DNA from: Planctomycetota bacterium
GTDB taxonomy: Bacteria; Planctomycetota; SZUA-567; H5-PLA8
Assembly: GCA_038227875.1 (NCBI GenBank)
Contig: JBBRPR010000120.1
Location: forward strand, 1 to 10,553
DNA length: 10,553 bases
Reading direction: 5' to 3'
Numbering within the stretch: position 1 is the first letter of the stretch; every line of letters starts with the position of its first letter. A program made the translations under genes and the position numbers. The notes beneath the pieces are model-generated. The model worked only from the letters and a program-made list of their open reading frames with translations, was not told where the DNA came from and made no database searches. Shown here piece after piece: positions 7,457 through 10,553 of the stretch.

Positions 7457-7839
7457 AGTGCCACCTCGCAGACGTACGGTATTGGAATCGAAATCATCGA
7501 CCTTGCGACGGTGGTCAACACGCGGTTTGGGTAAAAGGGCTTGGATAGAAACGCCAGTTGAAAGCTCGCCGCAACAGCCTCTCCACCAATGATTGCGCTG
7601 CTCAGGATGATGTTCGGCGGCGACTCGCAGCTCCGAATCACGTCAACAAAGTCAGAAAAGGGGATGTCGGCCATGAAGTATTCCGCAATAACCACATCGG
7701 CGTTGAAATCAGATAGCACATCAATCGCCGCCGCTCGGGTTGGCGCGGTTCGTACGACGTACCTAAGAGACAGGATATATGCCATCACTTCCGCGGTATC
7801 GGCGTCGGCATCCACTATTAAAACGCGGCGGGAATTCAT
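7453..7839 (-). CDS. Stand-alone CheY-like receiver domain protein, atypical (phospho-acceptor Asp replaced by Glu)
   Basis: RVLIVDAD (beta1), DVVIAEYFM (beta3), IILSSA (beta4), FLSKPF (beta5 Lys-Pro). AAGGGGG before ATG 7839 (preferred over 7947); 128 aa. Confidence 0.85.
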   Translation of the reverse strand: MNSRRVLIVDADADTAEVMAYILSLRYVVRTAPTRAAAIDVLSDFNADVVIAEYFMADIPFSDFVDVIRSCESPPNIILSSAIIGGEAVAASFQLAFLSKPFYPNRVLTTVARSMISIPIPYVCEVAL

Positions 7840-8172
7840 GGTTGCCCCCTTCAAATCTGACTGCCAAATCGCGGAATACAAAATGTGTAAATCGAAGCAA
7901 CATTGAAGCGCGCAAATCTGACGCCCCGTATAACTTTCTTGCAGCATCTTTTAAAGTGTGGGGCAGTCGCGACTACCAAGCCGCTGTCCTCAGGACGGAG
8001 TGGTTTCATGTGGCGTGATTTAGAGTCTGCCCATTGAAACTCGGCTACGGGAGAATTCTTATCCGCGGGAATACATTTGGGCGGTCCGTCGTATCCTCAC
8101 AAAATTGGCCCTGGATAGGAGTCCCGCTCAGTGCGGAACTCGCATTGAAGTAAGCCAACACTTACTGTGCAG

Positions 8173-8397
8173 TTAAGCAGCCAGGTCGCGCAGGCACGTA
8201 CTGTAGATGACGGCCGGCACGGTGACATTGTGGCGATTGATCTTCTCGATCGCATCGTCGATCCAGACTTCGCGGCCGAAAATATCACCGCGCCGGGCGC
8301 AGGCGGAGGCGATGGCGAACGCGTCGGAGACGTCGAATAAACCTTTGTGGTGGAAGCGGTGGGAAAGGCCGTTGAGGATGGAGGCGGAGAGCGGCAT
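8173..8397 (-). CDS. Small hypothetical protein (74 aa)
   Basis: AAAGGA 8 nt before ATG 8397; GC-rich third codon positions; TAA at 8173-8175; directly downstream of the DUF932-type gene. Confidence 0.7.
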   Translation of the reverse strand: MPLSASILNGLSHRFHHKGLFDVSDAFAIASACARRGDIFGREVWIDDAIEKINRHNVTVPAVIYSTCLRDLAA

Positions 8398-8427
8398 GGT
8401 TTTGATCCTTTGTGCTGTGGCATCGCA

Positions 8428-8469
8428 GCAATCAACCAGCCGATGTCCACACCGGCTGAAGTTGATTGC
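8428..8469. other. Long intergenic hairpin
   Basis: On the - strand: GCAATCAAC-TT-CAGCCGGTG-TGGA-CATCGGCTG-GTTGATTGC (9 bp + 9 bp with one G-U pair, 2-nt bulge, 4-nt loop). No U-tract follows. Confidence 0.7.
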
Positions 8470-8499
8470 CGTTGTGGTAAGTAAGATTTGGAACAGGTT

Positions 8500-9255
8500 T
8501 CAATTCAAGCTGGCAGTGAGGACGGCGTTGAGGGCTTTGAAGCCGTCGACTTGGCGTGCCGGCGACTGGGTTTTCATGATTTCGGTGCAGCCCTGATACA
8601 GATTCCAGGCGTTGCGATCTTTGAATTCGGGATGCCGCGGAGCCTCGAATTCCTGGACCACCGGAAGAATGTCGCTGGAAGAGAACGCGCCGGCGCGGGC
8701 CAGTTCGACGACGAGTGAATGAGCTCGGGTTGTGGTGAGCCTCCAGTTGCTCAGCTTCGTGAATGTTTCCTGGAACGAACGGATCGAATCCATGAACGCG
8801 TCGAGCGCCTTGTCGATGGATTCGCCCATGTCGAGCCCCGACGTGTGTTTTCTTGCCACAATATGCTCAGCGCTGAGCACCCCGTTCGCGCAAATGAACA
8901 CCCGCGCGCCGGACAGAATCGAGAGCGAGAAGGACTTGTCGTGGCTGTTTCGGATCCCGGCACTGGGCGTACATCCGGCCGGGAAGGGCAAGCCCTTGAT
9001 CGGTTCGAAATCGATGGTGCCGAACAGCCGCGCACCCGGCAATTCGATCTTCGTTCCCGGTGTGGGATAGAGCGCCCCGGACATGACGGCGTAGCGCTCG
9101 TTACAGATCGTCAATCCGCGCAGTCTCGCGCGGTCGGTCAACACGTCGACCACGTCGGAATGGGCAACTGGCCGCCAGGAGTCGGTGGGATCGGGGGTCG
9201 GGATGGAACTGAGATCGCGACGTGAGATTTCGTGAGCTTTCGACAGCATCAGCAT
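8500..9255 (-). CDS. DUF932/DUF945-family protein (plasmid/phage/ICE-associated)
   Basis: Family-like motifs IPTP..TDSWRPVAH, LFG, GIRNSHDKS, GARVFICANG, RKHT and NAWNLY. AAAAGGAG 8 nt before ATG. Confidence 0.9.
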   Translation of the reverse strand: MLMLSKAHEISRRDLSSIPTPDPTDSWRPVAHSDVVDVLTDRARLRGLTICNERYAVMSGALYPTPGTKIELPGARLFGTIDFEPIKGLPFPAGCTPSAGIRNSHDKSFSLSILSGARVFICANGVLSAEHIVARKHTSGLDMGESIDKALDAFMDSIRSFQETFTKLSNWRLTTTRAHSLVVELARAGAFSSSDILPVVQEFEAPRHPEFKDRNAWNLYQGCTEIMKTQSPARQVDGFKALNAVLTASLN

Positions 9256-9295
9256 GGGACGCGCTCCTTTTGTAGTGGGATTTTGGACTCTTGGA

Positions 9296-9442
9296 CTACT
9301 TGACTTTTGTGCGTTGGAACCCGGGAACGACGCCCCGAGCTTTTCGATCTGCAGCCGACGCCCTGGCCGCTTTACGCCGCGGCTTATCCGTCAGCACGTC
9401 ACGCTGCTGCGCAATCGTGTCGGCGACGGTGTTTCGCGGCAT
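9296..9442 (-). CDS. Possible small basic protein (48 aa; alternative start at 9481)
   Basis: MPRNTVADTIAQQRDVLTDKPRRKAARASAADRKARGVVPGFQRTKVK fills the gap between two real genes in the same orientation. No clear RBS. Confidence 0.3.
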   Translation of the reverse strand: MPRNTVADTIAQQRDVLTDKPRRKAARASAADRKARGVVPGFQRTKVK

Positions 9443-9467
9443 CGGCCAAGGGTGTATCAACGGGCTG

Positions 9468-9719
9468 CTATGCTGCGTCATCAGAATCCAAGTCGTCCAT
9501 TCGTAGAATTTTCGCCAATCGTCGACCCCGACGTGCTCGTTTGGCTTCCACGTTGATCCGATCGACGATGGATTCCAGTGTGTCATCGACGCACCAACCT
9601 TCACCGGTGTGTTCCAGTGCACGGTCGATCGCCCCGGCCTCGCTGACCAGGTCTGAAATCGCGTGAAACAGGTCATTGCGGCGCGAAGCGGGAATGTGTT
9701 CAAGGGTGACAACAGGCAT
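9468..9719 (-). CDS. Small hypothetical protein (83 aa)
   Basis: AAGAGGAG 7 nt before ATG 9719 (the TTG at 9725 abuts the RBS); TAG at 9468-9470. Confidence 0.75.
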   Translation of the reverse strand: MPVVTLEHIPASRRNDLFHAISDLVSEAGAIDRALEHTGEGWCVDDTLESIVDRINVEAKRARRGRRLAKILRMDDLDSDDAA

Positions 9720-9816
9720 GGGCAAACTCCTCTTTTAGGCGTGGACGAACGACGAGCAGCACACGCGCTCGCACGGACCTTGGAATGCAATGCAATGGAA
9801 CGGAACGGGATGAGAC

Positions 9817-10201
9817 CTACGGCTTGCGCGCGCCGGTATGGATCGCGCGACAGAGTTTTCGGATAAACCGCCACTTCAAACGAATCCGCCGCGTGTGAAA
9901 GCGACGCTCCAACCGCCCTTTCATGCGCATGTAGAGCATAAACGTCTCGGCGAAGTCTTCGGCCGGCGACGTGCCGGCGTAGGCAGTCAGGTGGAACCCG
10001 TCGATAAATCCCACCGAGACATTGGCGTCGTGCCGTGCCGCAAAGGCGTTCACAAAGGCGCGGGAGCGAACCAGCGTGGGATAGCAATACGCAATCGCAT
10101 GGGCATATTCGTGGCGGATCACATCGGCCAACGGCACATAGGTCCCAGCATACCACTCCCGCAGCCGGCAGAGCGAAAAGATGGGGATATTAATCTCGCC
10201 G
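9817..10201 (-). pseudogene. Zincin-like metallopeptidase gene, 5' part cut off by the IS66 insertion
   Basis: HEYAH motif plus downstream YAGTSPAEDFAETF (third-ligand region). The frame stays open upstream of GTG 10137 (GEINIPIFSLCRLREWYAGTY) right up to the IS end at 10202, and no RBS precedes 10137. Confidence 0.8.
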
Positions 10202-10215
10202 GTAACTGTTTAGCG
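10202..10215 (+). repeat. Putative IS66 right terminal inverted repeat (length uncertain; partner outside the window)
   Basis: GTAACTGTTTAGCG lies at the point where the peptidase reading frame is lost. Confidence 0.65.
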
Positions 10216-10256
10216 CCTGCCACGGCAGCCTAACGCGAAGCGGCGTGCGGGCAATT

Positions 10257-10553
10257 TCAAGTGGATGCGGTGATCAGGCGCGGAACTTGGCCGGGCGGGG
10301 CGCGTAGCGTTTGCGCCAAGAAGTCGAGGGCGTCTTTGCCATGTTGAACGGCCGTGCGCAGCACCGACATCAGCACGCTTTGCGCCGTCGCGCCGTTTTG
10401 CGTGCGGTTGCCGCCCCAGACTTTGCGGTTGACCACGGCTGGACGGATGGCCTGTTCGGCGCGCCAGTTCGTGGCGTCCAGCGCGGGATGCTTGAGAAAA
10501 GCAAAGATTTCGCTCAGGTGCCGGTGCAGGAATCGGGCGAAGCGTTCGTTGTC
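10257..10553 (-). CDS. tnpC: IS66-family DDE transposase, C-terminal 98 aa (5'-partial; not in the ORF track)
   Basis: Hand translation: DNERFARFLHRHLSEIFAFLKHPALDATNWRAEQAIRPAVVNRKVWGGNRTQNGATAQSVLMSVLRTAVQHGKDALDFLAQTLRAPPGQVPRLITAST*. TNxxAExAIRPxVxxRK is the IS66 catalytic-Glu signature. Confidence 0.93.
   Translation of the reverse strand, partial: DNERFARFLHRHLSEIFAFLKHPALDATNWRAEQAIRPAVVNRKVWGGNRTQNGATAQSVLMSVLRTAVQHGKDALDFLAQTLRAPPGQVPRLITAST

Larger units (their letters stand above)
1412..9719 (-). mobile_element. Remnant of an integrative conjugative element/plasmid backbone (leading-region-like gene array); boundaries approximate
   Basis: Co-oriented DUF932-type gene, small hypotheticals, DUF6094-like MTase and SF2 helicase, a combination I recognise from ICEclc/pKLC102-type and related elements. 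No integrase, att site, relaxase or T4SS gene is visible in the window. Confidence 0.55.
10202..10553 (-). mobile_element. IS66-family insertion sequence, right end (continues beyond the window)
   Basis: Transposase C-terminus followed 55 nt later by a terminus reading 5'-GTAACTGTTTAGCG inward from 10202. IS66 inverted repeats start with GTAA. Confidence 0.88.

Noticed and set aside
1370..9866. Numerous + strand ORFs (e.g. 1370-1960, 6471-7151, 8719-9225)
   Set aside because: They are antisense shadows of well-supported - strand genes in GC-rich DNA.
9296..10156. 286-aa - strand ORF
   Set aside because: It overlaps the peptidase and 83-aa genes in another frame and has Arg/Cys-rich shadow composition. 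Only its last ~48-61 codons may be real.

Overview
GC-rich bacterial DNA (possibly Planctomycetota-like, a recall-based guess from the first gene and the IS). The window opens in the 3' end of a + strand gene with a (Thr-Gly)n linker encoded by a (GAACGG)n repeat. From ~1260 to the end every convincing gene is on the - strand. In transcription order they are: the 3' end of an IS66-family transposase whose element interrupts a HExxH zinc-peptidase gene; two small proteins flanking a DUF932-type gene; an atypical (Asp->Glu) receiver domain coupled to a small Zn-ribbon protein; a 363-aa two-domain hypothetical; and a tightly coupled operon of an NPPY amino-methyltransferase (DUF6094-like), three uncharacterised ORFs and an SF2/SNF2-like helicase. 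This gene set is typical of ICE/conjugative-element backbones, and here it looks partly decayed. The most striking observation is that the helicase breaks off inside motif V and is fused in frame to four DnaJ-type CxxCxGxG repeats, which are interrupted by a TGA at a conserved Gly position. A rearrangement scar is the simplest explanation, but readthrough is testable. Family names come from motif recognition and recall, not from database searches.
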